From an uncultured Chitinophagaceae bacterium (GTDB lineage: Bacteria; Bacteroidota; Bacteroidia; Chitinophagales; Chitinophagaceae), in the NCBI GenBank assembly GCA_964467635.1, contig CAYXRN010000002.1, positions 1,388 through 65,387 of the forward strand: a stretch of DNA of 64,000 bases. The letters are read 5' to 3'. Positions 28,712 through 39,778 of this stretch are shown in pieces. The position numbers and the translations under genes are program-made. How positions within the stretch are numbered: position 1 is the stretch's first letter; every line of letters starts with the position of its first letter. The notes below the pieces were generated by a model. It did not search any database. It worked only from the letters and a program-made list of their open reading frames with translations, and was not told the origin of the DNA.

Positions 28712-30565
28712 ATGAGTCACCACACCGCAGAAGGCGCTTTTGAATCAGCAGATAAAGAACTTAAACGCGATATGTCATTTACGCAACTCCTTCTCCTTGG
28801 AGTTAGCGCACAAATAGGCTCGGGGTGGTTGTTTGGTGTCCTTGCCGCCGCGGGCATGGCTGGGCCAGCTGCCATTTTATCCTGGTTAATCGCTTCCGTA
28901 CTGATTTTTCTGATTTCCCTGACTTATCTTGAATTGGGCGCTATGCTGCCCCGTTCAGGCGGAATAGTACGCTACACCTACCTCACACACGGCTCCTTGT
29001 CTGGCTGGATCATCGGCTGGGCCTATTGGATATCGGTTGTGGCCATCCCTGCACTGGAAGCTGTCGCTACACTGACCTATATCGGAGGGGAATTTCAACA
29101 ATTGGGCCTCTTAACGACCGTCAATGGCGTTCACATGCTTAGTTGGCCAAACGGCATTCTTGCCGGTATCGGCCTGATGATCCTTTTTTTCTGCCTGAAT
29201 TATTTTGGCAGCAGATTGCTCGCCGAATCAAACAAGTGGGTGACCATTTGGAAGATTGCTTTACCCACGCTAACCTTTATAGCCTTATTTTTCACCTTGG
29301 ATAGCAGTAATTTTTCCGCTTACGGGGGCTTTGCTCCCGAAGGAATTCCGGGAATTTTTCACGCCATACCCATGACCGGTATTATTTTCTCTCTTTTAGG
29401 TTTTCGTCAGGCACTTGATTATGGTGGGGAATCCAAAAATCCACAACGTGACGTTCCTCGCGCTACATTTGGTTCTATTCTTATCCCGACGATTATCTAT
29501 GCGCTATTACAAGTTGCTTTTATTGGAGCGCTCAGCTGGAGTTCCATGGGACTGGAGCCGGGGCAGTGGGGCTCGCTGGTCACGGGAGGTTGGGCCGATG
29601 GTCCCCTTTTTCATGCCTTGGAATCAGCCAATGTGGCTATTATAACGGCTTTAGGCGTCTTCTTGTTAATTGATGCTGCGGTATCTCCGTTAGCTACCGG
29701 TTGGGTGTATCTGGGAACCGGTTCCCGTACAGGATACGGCCTGTCCATTCATCGTTCTATCCCGAAAATTTTCTCCAAAAACAATAAACATGGCATTCCA
29801 TGGGTACCCTTGGTGCTTTCCGCGGTTGTGGGTTGTGCTTTTTTTGTACCAGCGCCGAGTTGGTATAAACTGGTAGGTTTTATTAGTTCAGCAGCGGTAC
29901 TCACTTACCTGATGGGTGGTATAGGGCTTCCGGTCCTTCGCCGCACGGCTCCGTCTTTAAAGCGCCCGTTCCGTTTACGGGCACAGTCCTTCTGGTCGCC
30001 TGTCTCTTTTTTGGCAGCGGCTGTTGTCTTATACTGGAGCGGATTTCAGGTGCTCACCAACGTGTTTACCATTACCCTCCTTGGCCTACCGATTTTTACG
30101 GCTTACGATGCAAGAAAGCGGGGATGGATATCCAAAACTTCTAGCATGGTCATTAGCGTCGTGTTTTTGATTTTATGGTTGTATGTCGCCATTGCTAGTG
30201 GCTGGGTCCTCAACACAAACCCCGGCCAGGGCACCGGAGACTGGACTTTCGCCACCTATTTCGCCTCTTTTGCCATCCTCACTATTTTATTTTTTGCCGC
30301 ATTGTGGTTTATAAGTAATAGGGAAGGTCGTCAACACGTTCACGCTACCTGGTGGTTGGTCTGGCTGATGCTGGCTAGTTTGGTCGTAAGTTATTTCGGT
30401 TACTACGGCCCGCTCACTGATCCTGTTCTGGCGTTCCCCTGGGGAACCGGCGCCATTATCCTGGTGGGTATTATCGCTTATATATGGGGTGTTCACACCG
30501 GCTTCGAAACAGAGGACATTAAAGAAATCATCAAGGGGCAGCAAACGGCCCAAGAGAAGGGTTAG
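28712..30565 (+). CDS. APC-superfamily amino acid/polyamine permease
   Basis: At least 12 TM helices and the N-terminal motif LLLLGVSAQIGSGWLF typical of APC transporters. Confidence 0.85.
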   Translation: MSHHTAEGAFESADKELKRDMSFTQLLLLGVSAQIGSGWLFGVLAAAGMAGPAAILSWLIASVLIFLISLTYLELGAMLPRSGGIVRYTYLTHGSLSGWIIGWAYWISVVAIPALEAVATLTYIGGEFQQLGLLTTVNGVHMLSWPNGILAGIGLMILFFCLNYFGSRLLAESNKWVTIWKIALPTLTFIALFFTLDSSNFSAYGGFAPEGIPGIFHAIPMTGIIFSLLGFRQALDYGGESKNPQRDVPRATFGSILIPTIIYALLQVAFIGALSWSSMGLEPGQWGSLVTGGWADGPLFHALESANVAIITALGVFLLIDAAVSPLATGWVYLGTGSRTGYGLSIHRSIPKIFSKNNKHGIPWVPLVLSAVVGCAFFVPAPSWYKLVGFISSAAVLTYLMGGIGLPVLRRTAPSLKRPFRLRAQSFWSPVSFLAAAVVLYWSGFQVLTNVFTITLLGLPIFTAYDARKRGWISKTSSMVISVVFLILWLYVAIASGWVLNTNPGQGTGDWTFATYFASFAILTILFFAALWFISNREGRQHVHATWWLVWLMLASLVVSYFGYYGPLTDPVLAFPWGTGAIILVGIIAYIWGVHTGFETEDIKEIIKGQQTAQEKG

Positions 30566-30688
30566 AGGCAGCTGCCGCTACAGGGCATCAATTCAGAGGG
30601 GATTCCTATTTTTTAATCTTTGTATGTCAAAAAGGATTATCTTTAGGGGGAAGTATTCTTTTCTGCTAAACCTCTAAAACCTATTGCC

Positions 30689-33616
30689 ATGAAAAGATCC
30701 ACCTTTTTTGCCGGTACATCTTTCTGCATCGCCTTATTATCTATATCCGTATCCGCATTTTCACAACAGCAGATCACCGGCACGGTTATTGACCAGCATA
30801 CAGGTCTTCCCTTAACCGGCGTGACGATCTTGCTCCCTGCCACTGATGAAGGCACTTTTACGAACCAGAAAGGTTTTTTTAGCCTCACCACCGATCATGA
30901 GTATCCGGTCCGTCTGATCATTTCCTTTGTTGGTTTCAAGACTGACACACTACAGGTATCCTCCGCTGCTCCGGTGGAAGTCGCCTTACTCCAATCACAG
31001 GTAATGGGGCAGGAAACCGTAATAGCTGCCAGCCGCATACCGGAAAGCATACTCGAATCCCCTGTATCTATTGAACATATTGATTTGCAAACGATAAGGC
31101 AGTCCCCTACCGCCACGTTTTATAATTATATAGGCCAGCTAAAAGGAGTGGATATGATAACCTCTGGACTACTTTTCAGCACACCCACTACCAGAGGTTT
31201 CGGCGGCAGCGGAAACACTGGTCTCAACCAATTTATCGATGGGATGGACAACCAGTCACCCGGGCTTAATTTCTCCGTAGGCAATGTGGTCGGTATTTCC
31301 GAACTGGATATCGCGCGTATTGAATTGCTGCCCGGCGCATCCTCAGCCCTGTATGGTTCCGGTGGCACAAATGGTACTTTACTGCTGACAAGTAAGGATC
31401 CTTTCCAATATCAGGGATTCAGCGCATTGGTTAAAGGAGGGGTCATGCATTTAGATGAAGAACAACATAAAGTTACGCCTTACCAGGAATATGTAATCAG
31501 ATACGATAAAGCCTTTAACAACAAGTTTGCTTTTAAGATCAATGCCAGCTACATCAAAGCCGACGATTGGATGGCCACGGACTACAGGAATTATGACAAA
31601 GCAGGTTTTTCGGTAAAGAGTGGAAATATCCGGACTGATCCCGCTTATGACGGCATCAATATCTATGGGGATGAAACCAATGCCAATATGCAGAATGTAG
31701 CTAATAACGTGCTGGCGACTGCCACCACTTTGTTTATCGCACAATATCGCCAGCAGACCGGCATGGATCCTTCCGAGGCACAGATCAATGGTTTTTTATC
31801 CACTAATGCGCAAACAGCGCCTTTTTATGCTGGTACAGCCGCTGGAATTATTCCCAATCAAAATGTAGCCCGAACCGGCTTTAAAGAAAAATACCTGGTG
31901 GATTACAATACCTTCAATCTAAAGCTGGGGGGAGAGTTGGCCTACAAGATAACCGACAATACAACGGCCTCCATACAAGCGCATTGGGGGAAAGGCACCA
32001 CCGTTTACACGGGCTCCGATCGCTATTCTTTAAAAAATTTCAATATCGGGCAATATAAAATTCAATTAGATGGAAAACATTATATGTTGCGGGCCTATAC
32101 CACACAGGAAGACGCAGGAGAAGCTTACAATGCCACTATCTTGGGCCAATTAATCAATGAGGCATGGAAATCCAGCCAACAGTGGTATCCTGAGTATGTA
32201 GGGGCTTTTGTTGCCGCAAAACAGGCCGGAGCCAGCGAGCAGGAAGCTTTCATTGCTGCACGGAATTTTGCTGATCAGGGAATGCCTCAACCTGGAACGG
32301 AAGCGTTCGAACAATATAAAAATACGATCCGCAAAAAACCCATTCCACAGGGTGCCCTTTTTACAGATAAATCCAGCCTATATCATTATGAAGGCTTTTA
32401 TAATTTTTCCGATCAGATCCCTGTTATAGAAGTACAGCTTGGCGCCAATTTCCGTAGATACCACCTTAACTCCGACGGGACCATTTTCGATGACAAGGAT
32501 AAAAAACTGACGATTGACCAGTGGGGAATGTTCATCCAGGGCATCAAAAAATTACTCAATGATCGCCTAAAGTTGACAGGGGCCATACGATACGATAAAA
32601 TTGAAAATTTTGAGGGCAAGTGGACCCCTAGAATCGCAGGCGTGTATACCGTAGCGCCTGAAAATAGTATTCGGGTCTCTTATCAAACCGGATATAAACT
32701 ACCTACCAATCAGGACCAATATATTGACTTGGACGTCGGAAGAGCGCGACTCATTGGCGGACTACCGCAATTTATTACTCAGTATAATCTGAAAGACAAT
32801 GCCGTCTTTACCCTAAATAATGTAACACGATATGGCGAAGTTTTTCAATCCGAATACCAGAAAAACTTGCAAGGCGGAGATCCCGCGGCAGTAGCCCAAT
32901 ATAAGGCAGCAGTAGCCTCAGAAAAGGTATTGACCCCATACACTTTCAAAACGTTTAAGCCAGAAACCGTGCACTCCTTTGAGGTGGGTTACCGCGGCAT
33001 TATCCGCGAAAAACTAATGATAGACGCTTATGTATATTTCAGCAACTATGAAAACTTTCTTGGCTCTGTTTTCTTACTGCAGGCTAAAAACGGCCCGCAA
33101 CAAATTGCGCCAACCGACCCCAATAAATACTACGGTCCGCAACTGGGCAACGATCAGACGCGGAATGTTTACCAAATGAAAGTAAACAGCGAAGGCTTGA
33201 TCAAAACTTGGGGCTGGGCAGTGGGTGGAACATACCTTTTGCCTAAGAATTATAGGATCCACGCCAATATCTCTTATAATAAGCTCAGCAATGCTCCGGA
33301 AGGATTTTTTACGCAGTTCAACACACCAGATTATAGGGCAAATGTTAGCTTTGGAAACAGTAATGTATACAACAACTGGGGGTTTAATATTAATTATCAT
33401 TACCAGGACGCCTTTTTATATGAAGGAAGTTTTGCTGTCGGAAGGGTTTCTGCGGTCAATACTCTTGATGCGCAGATCAATTACAAGATTCCGAAGGTCA
33501 AGTTAAATTTTAAGTTGGGGGGAACCAATCTATTAAATCATTACTACCAGAATGCTTTCGGTAATCCTTCTATCGGCGGGTTGTATTATTTGTCGGTAGG
33601 CTATAATGTTTTTTGA
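30689..33616 (+). CDS. TonB-dependent outer-membrane receptor with an N-terminal CarboxypepD_reg-like domain
   Basis: Signal peptide, ITGTVIDQHTGLPLTGVTILL (CarboxypepD_reg), a plug region (VSIEHIDLQTIRQ...), and a long beta-barrel ending ...LSVGYNVF. Confidence 0.88.
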   Translation: MKRSTFFAGTSFCIALLSISVSAFSQQQITGTVIDQHTGLPLTGVTILLPATDEGTFTNQKGFFSLTTDHEYPVRLIISFVGFKTDTLQVSSAAPVEVALLQSQVMGQETVIAASRIPESILESPVSIEHIDLQTIRQSPTATFYNYIGQLKGVDMITSGLLFSTPTTRGFGGSGNTGLNQFIDGMDNQSPGLNFSVGNVVGISELDIARIELLPGASSALYGSGGTNGTLLLTSKDPFQYQGFSALVKGGVMHLDEEQHKVTPYQEYVIRYDKAFNNKFAFKINASYIKADDWMATDYRNYDKAGFSVKSGNIRTDPAYDGINIYGDETNANMQNVANNVLATATTLFIAQYRQQTGMDPSEAQINGFLSTNAQTAPFYAGTAAGIIPNQNVARTGFKEKYLVDYNTFNLKLGGELAYKITDNTTASIQAHWGKGTTVYTGSDRYSLKNFNIGQYKIQLDGKHYMLRAYTTQEDAGEAYNATILGQLINEAWKSSQQWYPEYVGAFVAAKQAGASEQEAFIAARNFADQGMPQPGTEAFEQYKNTIRKKPIPQGALFTDKSSLYHYEGFYNFSDQIPVIEVQLGANFRRYHLNSDGTIFDDKDKKLTIDQWGMFIQGIKKLLNDRLKLTGAIRYDKIENFEGKWTPRIAGVYTVAPENSIRVSYQTGYKLPTNQDQYIDLDVGRARLIGGLPQFITQYNLKDNAVFTLNNVTRYGEVFQSEYQKNLQGGDPAAVAQYKAAVASEKVLTPYTFKTFKPETVHSFEVGYRGIIREKLMIDAYVYFSNYENFLGSVFLLQAKNGPQQIAPTDPNKYYGPQLGNDQTRNVYQMKVNSEGLIKTWGWAVGGTYLLPKNYRIHANISYNKLSNAPEGFFTQFNTPDYRANVSFGNSNVYNNWGFNINYHYQDAFLYEGSFAVGRVSAVNTLDAQINYKIPKVKLNFKLGGTNLLNHYYQNAFGNPSIGGLYYLSVGYNVF

Positions 33617-33978
33617 TTTTTTTTCAGAAAACAACAAAAAAGGAAGAAGGGCTCTAATCGCTGTAGCTGTTGAATGTCCCTTTCTGAAAGCGCAAACAGC
33701 ATGCTAAAAAAAAGTATGGTTGCGGTTTCATCCAAAACAAGGACTGTTCGCAGGTGAAGGATCGTTTTAAGAAAATATAACGGTCAAGCGTAAATCGAAA
33801 ATCCGCTTTGGTTGCTTTTTCCTATTTTGTTGTCCACGGGCAGCAGACAGCATCCACCTTGCCACTCCTGCGTTTCTTGAAATCACCTGACTCCAAATCG
33901 TAGTTTGAGCACGTTTTAAGCCGGATTTACCTGCTGCAGTTATTTATTTTCGATTTGACCATAAGCTTTTAATTTAAT

Positions 33979-33986
33979 TACCTTTG
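33979..33986 (+). promoter_or_regulatory. Bacteroidota -7 box TACCTTTG upstream of lepA
   Basis: Exact TAnnTTTG match 40 nt upstream of the lepA ATG. Confidence 0.5.
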
Positions 33987-34025
33987 CGAGATAGGAAAAG
34001 GAAATTTTGACCCTTGAATTAATCT

Positions 34026-35816
34026 ATGAAAAACTTTAGAAATTTTTGCATAATCGCGCATATTGATCATGGAAAAAGTACTTTGGCCGACCGGATGTTG
34101 GAAGCAACGCAGACAGTGAGTGATCGCGAAATGATGTCACAGGTATTGGATAACATGGACCTGGAACGCGAGAAAGGAATTACCATCAAAAGCCATGCAA
34201 TTCAGATGGTGTATCGTTCGAGAGAAGAAGATTACGTGCTGAACTTGATCGATACGCCCGGACATGTGGACTTTTCTTATGAGGTGTCCCGGGCGCTCGC
34301 AGCCTGTGAAGGTGCCCTGGTGTTGGTAGATGCTTCCCAAGGGATTCAGGCCCAAACCATTTCCAATCTTTACCTCGCCATAGAGCATGATCTTGAAATC
34401 ATTCCTGTGATCAACAAAATAGACATGGAAGGTGCGCAAATTGAAGAGGTCAAGGACCAGATTGTTGATCTGATCGGATGCGATGAAAGCGAGATATTAC
34501 TGGCCTCCGGAAAAGCAGGAATCGGAATTACTGAGATACTGGAGGCAATTGTACAAAGGGTTCCTGCTCCCAAAGGCGATCCGGAAGCGCCGCTACAGGC
34601 GCTCATCTTCGACAGTATGTTTAATTCTTTCAGAGGCGTGATCGCTTATTTCAGAATTTTTAATGGAACGATTCACAAAGGTGATAAAGTAAAGTTTGTA
34701 AACACAGGAAAGTTATACCATGCCGATGAGATCGGTATTTTACGCCTTAAACCGGAAGAACGAGAGAAGATAGGAGCAGGAAATGTAGGTTATATTATCA
34801 CTGGGATCAAAAATGCCAAGGAGGTAAAAGTAGGGGATACCATTACTCTTGCGGACCGCCCGTGCGCAAAAGCGGTAAAAGGTTTTGAGGAAGTAAAACC
34901 GATGGTATTTGCAGGAATTTTTCCAATAAGCACTGATGATTTTGAAGAACTGCGGGATTGCATGGATAAATTGCAGCTAAATGACGCTTCCCTGATTTTT
35001 GAGCCCGAGACTTCACAGGCACTGGGCTTTGGTTTCCGCTGTGGTTTCCTGGGAATGCTTCACCTGGAGATCATTCAGGAAAGACTGGAAAGAGAATTTA
35101 ACCAGACTGTAATCACTACCGTTCCTAACGTGAGTTTTATCGCTTATACAACCAATGGAGAAAAGCATACTATTAATAATCCTACGGAAATGCTTGATCC
35201 TGCAAGAGTCGACCACATAGAAGAACCATTTATAGAAGCCCAGATTATTACCTTACCGGAATATATTGGTCCTGTAATGACACTTTGCCTTGGAAAAAGA
35301 GGTATTATCAAAAACCAAAACTATCTGACCCAAACCAGAGTAGAGTTAACTTTTGAAATGCCGTTAACCGAAATTATTTTTGATTTCTATGATCGATTAA
35401 AATCTATCAGCCGTGGTTATGCCTCCTTTGATTACAGTCCGTTAGATTACCGGGCTTCAGATATCGTAAAAATGGATATCCTGTTAAACAGCGAAAAGGT
35501 AGATGCTTTAAGCGCATTGATCCATCGAAGCCGCGCACAGGACTTTGGTCGTAAATTATGTCTGAAGCTAAAAGAATTACTACCACGCCAGCAATTTCAA
35601 ATTGCTATTCAGGCCGCGATAGGTGCTAAGATCGTAGCGCGGGAAAACATTTCCGCTATGCGAAAAGATGTAACCGCCAAATGTTATGGAGGAGATATTT
35701 CCCGGAAGCGCAAACTGCTTCAAAAACAAAAAGAAGGGAAAAAACGCATGCGGCAAATCGGTAATGTCGAAGTACCACAAGAAGCCTTTATGGCGGTGCT
35801 GAAGTTGGAGGAATAA
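34026..35816 (+). CDS. lepA: translation elongation factor 4
   Basis: GTPase motifs [14 protein letters not shown] and NKID, plus the LepA-specific C-terminus (...[21 protein letters not shown]). Confidence 0.97.
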   Translation: MKNFRNFCIIAHIDHGKSTLADRMLEATQTVSDREMMSQVLDNMDLEREKGITIKSHAIQMVYRSREEDYVLNLIDTPGHVDFSYEVSRALAACEGALVLVDASQGIQAQTISNLYLAIEHDLEIIPVINKIDMEGAQIEEVKDQIVDLIGCDESEILLASGKAGIGITEILEAIVQRVPAPKGDPEAPLQALIFDSMFNSFRGVIAYFRIFNGTIHKGDKVKFVNTGKLYHADEIGILRLKPEEREKIGAGNVGYIITGIKNAKEVKVGDTITLADRPCAKAVKGFEEVKPMVFAGIFPISTDDFEELRDCMDKLQLNDASLIFEPETSQALGFGFRCGFLGMLHLEIIQERLEREFNQTVITTVPNVSFIAYTTNGEKHTINNPTEMLDPARVDHIEEPFIEAQIITLPEYIGPVMTLCLGKRGIIKNQNYLTQTRVELTFEMPLTEIIFDFYDRLKSISRGYASFDYSPLDYRASDIVKMDILLNSEKVDALSALIHRSRAQDFGRKLCLKLKELLPRQQFQIAIQAAIGAKIVARENISAMRKDVTAKCYGGDISRKRKLLQKQKEGKKRMRQIGNVEVPQEAFMAVLKLEE

Positions 35817-35827
35817 GGCAATATGGG

Positions 35828-36355
35828 ATGAAAATGGATTTAAAACATGCTTTGCTGAACGAACCTGCCCACAAAGAACGGGTAAGGCAGGTGGTGGCAT
35901 ATGTTGGCAAAAGCAGGACTCGTTTTAAAGAATTGATGGATTTATTTCAATCTGAAAATTATCGCCTGTGCCAACGAGCCTCCTGGCCGTTGAGTTATAT
36001 TGTTGAAAACAATCCAGAATTCATTGCCAATTATTATAAACCTTTATTAAAAATATTGGCGGCATCCCCGCACAATACAGTAACCCGCAATATTCTGCGG
36101 CTTTTACAATTTGTAAAAATTCCAGAATCCTTTGCAGGCCAGGTAATGAATCACTGTTTTGACTTGCTCTTAAAACCCAAGGAACCTGTTGCCAACAAAG
36201 CCTTCTCCCTGACGATATTAGCTAACCTGGCTAAGCGTTATCCGGAAATTAAAAACGAGATTCTGCTTTGCATCGAAGAACAATGGCCCCATGCTTCTGC
36301 CGGTTTTCGATCCCGTGCCAGAAAGGTAAAGCATGAGCTTGCCGATATAGCCTAA
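35828..36355 (+). CDS. hypothetical all-alpha (HEAT/armadillo-like) protein
   Basis: 175 aa with a helical repeat character (WPLSYIVENNPEFIANYYKPLLKIL...ILRLLQFV...FSLTILANLAKRYPEI). There is a loose resemblance to AlkD-like HEAT proteins only. Confidence 0.45.
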   Translation: MKMDLKHALLNEPAHKERVRQVVAYVGKSRTRFKELMDLFQSENYRLCQRASWPLSYIVENNPEFIANYYKPLLKILAASPHNTVTRNILRLLQFVKIPESFAGQVMNHCFDLLLKPKEPVANKAFSLTILANLAKRYPEIKNEILLCIEEQWPHASAGFRSRARKVKHELADIA

Positions 36356-36456
36356 TAAGGGTAAGGAGATTGCGTTTAATCGTTAAGATACAGCCAATAT
36401 ATGCAAAGGGCTATGGAAACACTTTCGGTGTTTCATTAATTCAACACAAACATTGT

Positions 36457-36642
36457 TTAATCGGTATCTTTTGTGTTTTTAACCAGGCTGACGCCAGCGA
36501 TAAAAAAGATCAGTCCTATGACACCCGCCACAATCAGGGTTTTTGCATCATGGGAATTTTGAATGAAATTATACCCAGCATAAATGAGCCCCGCAATTCC
36601 TAAAATGGTTAGGATGGCCCCGAATATCCGCTTTATATTCAT
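36457..36642 (-). CDS. small two-TM membrane protein (hypothetical)
   Basis: MNIKRIFGAILTILGIAGLIYAGY...LIVAGVIGLIFFIAGVSLV forms two clear hydrophobic helices. The internal ATG at 36642 is preferred. Confidence 0.45.
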   Translation of the reverse strand: MNIKRIFGAILTILGIAGLIYAGYNFIQNSHDAKTLIVAGVIGLIFFIAGVSLVKNTKDTD

Positions 36643-36957
36643 TTTTTTGTTTTTAATTGAACAATAGGATCCAAATTTCAAGTAGCCGTCTAAGATAGTA
36701 AAATAATTAAATTAGCAAAAAAGAACGTGGCTTTTTCCTTAAAAGAAATATTTCACGTCGCGCCGGACACATCCGAATATGGCGTACAGGTGTATTGCTG
36801 CTTTTAACAAAAGACTATGACAATGAGATAGTAAGGTTTTGCGAAAACCAGGTGTGCCGGGAGTCATCAAGGGGAAAGGGAAAAGAAACTAAAACAAGAA
36901 AATTTAGGGTCTTAATCCCCAGTAAAGCAGATGTTTCTGTCGTGCTAGCTGGAAGGT

Positions 36958-37549
36958 AGGAAGCGATGTTCAAGATCACGAAATGGTTCAATGTTTATTT
37001 TCAGGCTACAGGCAAAAAATGCCTCAGTCACAAAAGTTGGGAGGCTAGGTAGAAAATCTATTTTGTGGCAGATGAAAACGGAAGGAATACTAAAACAGCC
37101 TATAGTCCTAAAATCCATTCTAATGGAGATACGACAAAGCAACTTTTAATCCTACAGCAGGCATCTTTTATACAAAAGCCTAATAGGTGGGCGGAAAATC
37201 AGCAGGAACGGGCAGAGCTATTATTTAGACTCTATCCAGATATTGCAAAGGCCTACCAAATCACCAACGGTCTTAGGAATATTTATAACCAAAAAGTGGA
37301 TAAATCAGTAGCCATGACTAAACTGGCTCGTTGGTTTAAGGATGTGGAGGAATCCGGTTTTAAATTATTCAATACCCCCTGTTAAAAACCATTGTGATAC
37401 ATTACAATGACATCCTGAACTACTTTAACTTAGAAGTACAAACGCTTCAGCTGAGTCCTTTAATGCCAAAATAAAAACCTTTAGAACCCAATTTAGGGCG
37501 GAGAGACAAAACTTCTTTCTTATTCAGGATGGCCAATATTTTCGCCTAA
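36958..37549 (+). pseudogene. decayed, 5'-truncated ISL3-like (DDE_Tnp_ISL3 type) transposase remnant
   Basis: Pieces lie in three frames. They read ...ITKWFNVYFQ...SWEAR*, then NGDTTKQLL...RAELLFRLYPDIAKAYQITNGLRNIYN...LARWFKDVEESGFKLFNT, then TIVIHYNDILNYFN, STNASAESFNAKIKTFRTQFR and RDKTSFLFRMANIFA*. The xTNxxxExxNxKIKxxR tail is the ISL3 hallmark. Multiple frameshifts and stops are present, and no N-terminal half or inverted repeats are seen. Confidence 0.65.
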
Positions 37550-37610
37550 TCCACAACTTTTGATATTGATCCAAAAAATCCCGGCTCAGTATAAGAAATA
37601 TTCAAAATAA

Positions 37611-37647
37611 AACAGCCCCGTAAAGTGCAATATACAGGGCTGTTTTT
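37611..37647. terminator. bidirectional hairpin terminator between the IS remnant and tRNA-Asp
   Basis: 8-bp stem AACAGCCC / GGGCTGTT with T-runs on both strands (TTTTT on plus, TTTTATTTT on minus). Confidence 0.6.
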
Positions 37648-37664
37648 GTAATTACTTTTCCAAG

Positions 37665-37738
37665 CGGTCCGGACGGGACTCGAACCCGCGACCTCCTGCG
37701 TGACAGGCAGGCATTCTAACCAGCTGAACTACCGAACC
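37665..37738 (-). tRNA. tRNA-Asp (anticodon GTC)
   Basis: The minus-strand sequence GGTTCGGTAGTTCAGCTGGTTAGAATGCCTGCCTGTCACGCAGGAGGTCGCGGGTTCGAGTCCCGTCCGGACCG folds as a cloverleaf. The anticodon loop CUGUCAC gives anticodon GUC. The sequence is near-identical to the canonical bacterial tRNA-Asp core, and CCA is not encoded. Confidence 0.95.
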
Positions 37739-37828
37739 TTTCTTTCCCATTTTCAGCATTTTCGTCATATAACAGCCTCAATAACAATAGGTTATATCAC
37801 TACTTTACGATGCTTTAAATCGGGGTTG

Positions 37829-37836
37829 CAAAGATA
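37829..37836 (-). promoter_or_regulatory. Bacteroidota -7 box (TATCTTTG on the minus strand), candidate tRNA-Asp promoter
   Basis: Exact TAnnTTTG match ~90 nt upstream of the tRNA 5' end. No other minus-strand gene lies downstream. Confidence 0.35.
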
Positions 37837-37918
37837 AATAGTTTTTCTACATTTCAACAAATTTTTTAAAAAATTATTTTCCGGTGTACCTTTACCGCTT
37901 CAAAACCAGATTTCAACT

Positions 37919-38887
37919 ATGGCGGTTCAATTTTTAGATTTTGAAAAACCTATCGAAGCTCTTTATGAACAATTAGATAAAGTAAAACAGGTAGGTCAAA
38001 ACTCCGATGTAGATGTCACTTCAACAGCAGAAGACATTGAGAAAAAAATAAAGGAAACCAGAAAAAAAATCTTTAAGAATTTGAGCAGTTGGCAAAAGGT
38101 CCAATTGAGCAGACATCCTAACCGGCCTTATACTTTATCGTACATTAAAAGGATCTGTGACAAATTCATTGAACTGCAAGGAGACCGTAATTCTGGCGAT
38201 GACAAAGCACTGGTAGGCGGGTTGGCCGATATAGACGGGAAACGCGTAATGTTGATCGGACAACAAAAGGGAATCACTACGAAAATGCGGCAGGAGCGGA
38301 ATTTCGGAATGCCTAATCCAGAAGGTTACCGGAAGGCGTTACGCTTGATGAAATTGGCAGAAAAATTTGAAATCCCCATCGTAACCTTTATTGACACGCC
38401 TGGGGCTTACCCCGGTATAGAAGCGGAAGAGCGGGGACAAGCCGAGGCCATTGCAAGAAATCTTTATGAAATGGTCAAATTAAAAGTACCGGTCATCTGC
38501 ATCATTATCGGAGAAGGTGCTTCAGGGGGTGCCTTGGGAATAGGCGTTGGAGATAAAATCTTTATGTTGGAAAATGCATGGTATTCCGTTATATCTCCAG
38601 AAAACTGCTCGACTATCCTGTGGCGGAGTTGGGATCACAAGGAAAAAGCGGCAGAACAGCTAAAATTGACGTCCGACTACATGTTAAAATTTGGGCTGAT
38701 TGACGGCGTAGTTCCTGAGCCGTTAGGCGGTGCTCATGTAGATTACGAGACTATTTCAAAGACCGTTAAGAAGGTCATTCTGGAAAACATCGGGCTTTTG
38801 GAAAAACAATCGGCCGAGGAACGGATTAAAAAACGAATCGATAAATTTACAAAGATGGGTTTTTACGATGAGCCCAAATCAAAATAA
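37919..38887 (+). CDS. accA: acetyl-CoA carboxylase carboxyltransferase alpha subunit
   Basis: Motifs [31 protein letters not shown] and [10 protein letters not shown]. Confidence 0.95.
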   Translation: MAVQFLDFEKPIEALYEQLDKVKQVGQNSDVDVTSTAEDIEKKIKETRKKIFKNLSSWQKVQLSRHPNRPYTLSYIKRICDKFIELQGDRNSGDDKALVGGLADIDGKRVMLIGQQKGITTKMRQERNFGMPNPEGYRKALRLMKLAEKFEIPIVTFIDTPGAYPGIEAEERGQAEAIARNLYEMVKLKVPVICIIIGEGASGGALGIGVGDKIFMLENAWYSVISPENCSTILWRSWDHKEKAAEQLKLTSDYMLKFGLIDGVVPEPLGGAHVDYETISKTVKKVILENIGLLEKQSAEERIKKRIDKFTKMGFYDEPKSK

Positions 38888-38890
38888 AAT

Positions 38891-39778
38891 ATGAAATTGA
38901 CAGCACTGAAGGGAGTTGGAGTAGCATTGGTGACGCCTTTTCACGGTGATGGCAGCGTGGATTACGCCGCCCTAGAACGCGTTATCGATCATGTCATCGA
39001 AGGAGGAGTACAAAGCTTAGTGAGCCTGGGAACAACAGGCGAAACTCCAACACTTTCTCAAGAAGAAAAAATAGAGATCGTTCGCTTTACCATTGAAAAA
39101 ACCAGGAAAAGGGTGCCGGTTATCGTGGGTATTGGCGGAAACAACACCAAAGAGGTTATTCACCTGCTGGAAACCTATCCGTTAGAAGATATTGAAGCGA
39201 TATTAAGTGTTTCTCCATATTACAGCAAGCCGTCCGAAGAAGGGCTGTATCAACATTACAAAGCCATAGCAGCGGCCGCGCCGCGGCCGGTTATTTTGTA
39301 TAACGTCCCAGGCCGTACCGGGCGTAACATCCCCCCCAATGTCGTACTCCGACTGGCCCATGATTTTGAAAAAATTGTTGCGGTAAAAGACGCTTCTGGA
39401 GATATGTTGCAATGCATGGAAATCATCAAGAACAAACCGGATGATTTTACAGTCGTATCCGGCGATGATATGCTGACACTGTCTCAGATCGCCTGTGGAA
39501 TGGAAGGAGTGATCTCTGTAGCGGGTAACTTTTATGCCAAGGAAATGACAGACTTGGTTCACCATGCTTTGAAACAGCGTTTTGAAGAAGCGCGTAGCAT
39601 CCACTACGAGCTGCTGCCAGCATTTCATTACATGTTTGCTGAAAATAATCCCGCAGGGGTCAAGGCTTTCCTGGCTCGGGCGGAACTGATCGAAGAAAAC
39701 CTGCGCCTGCCGGTGGTGCCGGTGAGTGAACACCTGGGAACGCAGATATCAGCCTTCATGAGAAAGATGACCTCATAA
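38891..39778 (+). CDS. dapA: 4-hydroxy-tetrahydrodipicolinate synthase
   Basis: Motifs GTTGETPTLS, YNVPGRTG and IVAVKDASGD (active-site Lys). Confidence 0.93.
   Translation: MKLTALKGVGVALVTPFHGDGSVDYAALERVIDHVIEGGVQSLVSLGTTGETPTLSQEEKIEIVRFTIEKTRKRVPVIVGIGGNNTKEVIHLLETYPLEDIEAILSVSPYYSKPSEEGLYQHYKAIAAAAPRPVILYNVPGRTGRNIPPNVVLRLAHDFEKIVAVKDASGDMLQCMEIIKNKPDDFTVVSGDDMLTLSQIACGMEGVISVAGNFYAKEMTDLVHHALKQRFEEARSIHYELLPAFHYMFAENNPAGVKAFLARAELIEENLRLPVVPVSEHLGTQISAFMRKMTS

Noticed and set aside
33617-34025. The 409-bp gap before lepA, with imperfect inverted segments (GGTCAAGCGTAAATCGAAAATCCGC at ~33781 versus GCCGGATTTAC...TTTTCGATTTGACC at ~33921). These could suggest a MITE or a large hairpin.
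   Set aside because: The pairing is interrupted and short, with several indels. There are no target-site duplications, no second copy in the window and no ORF. Only the lepA -7 box is reported.
39773-39778. The 6-nt convergent overlap of the dapA and lspA 3' ends.
   Set aside because: This is a real but trivial consequence of tight packing. Both reading frames are motif-supported to their ends, and no regulatory implication can be supported from sequence alone.
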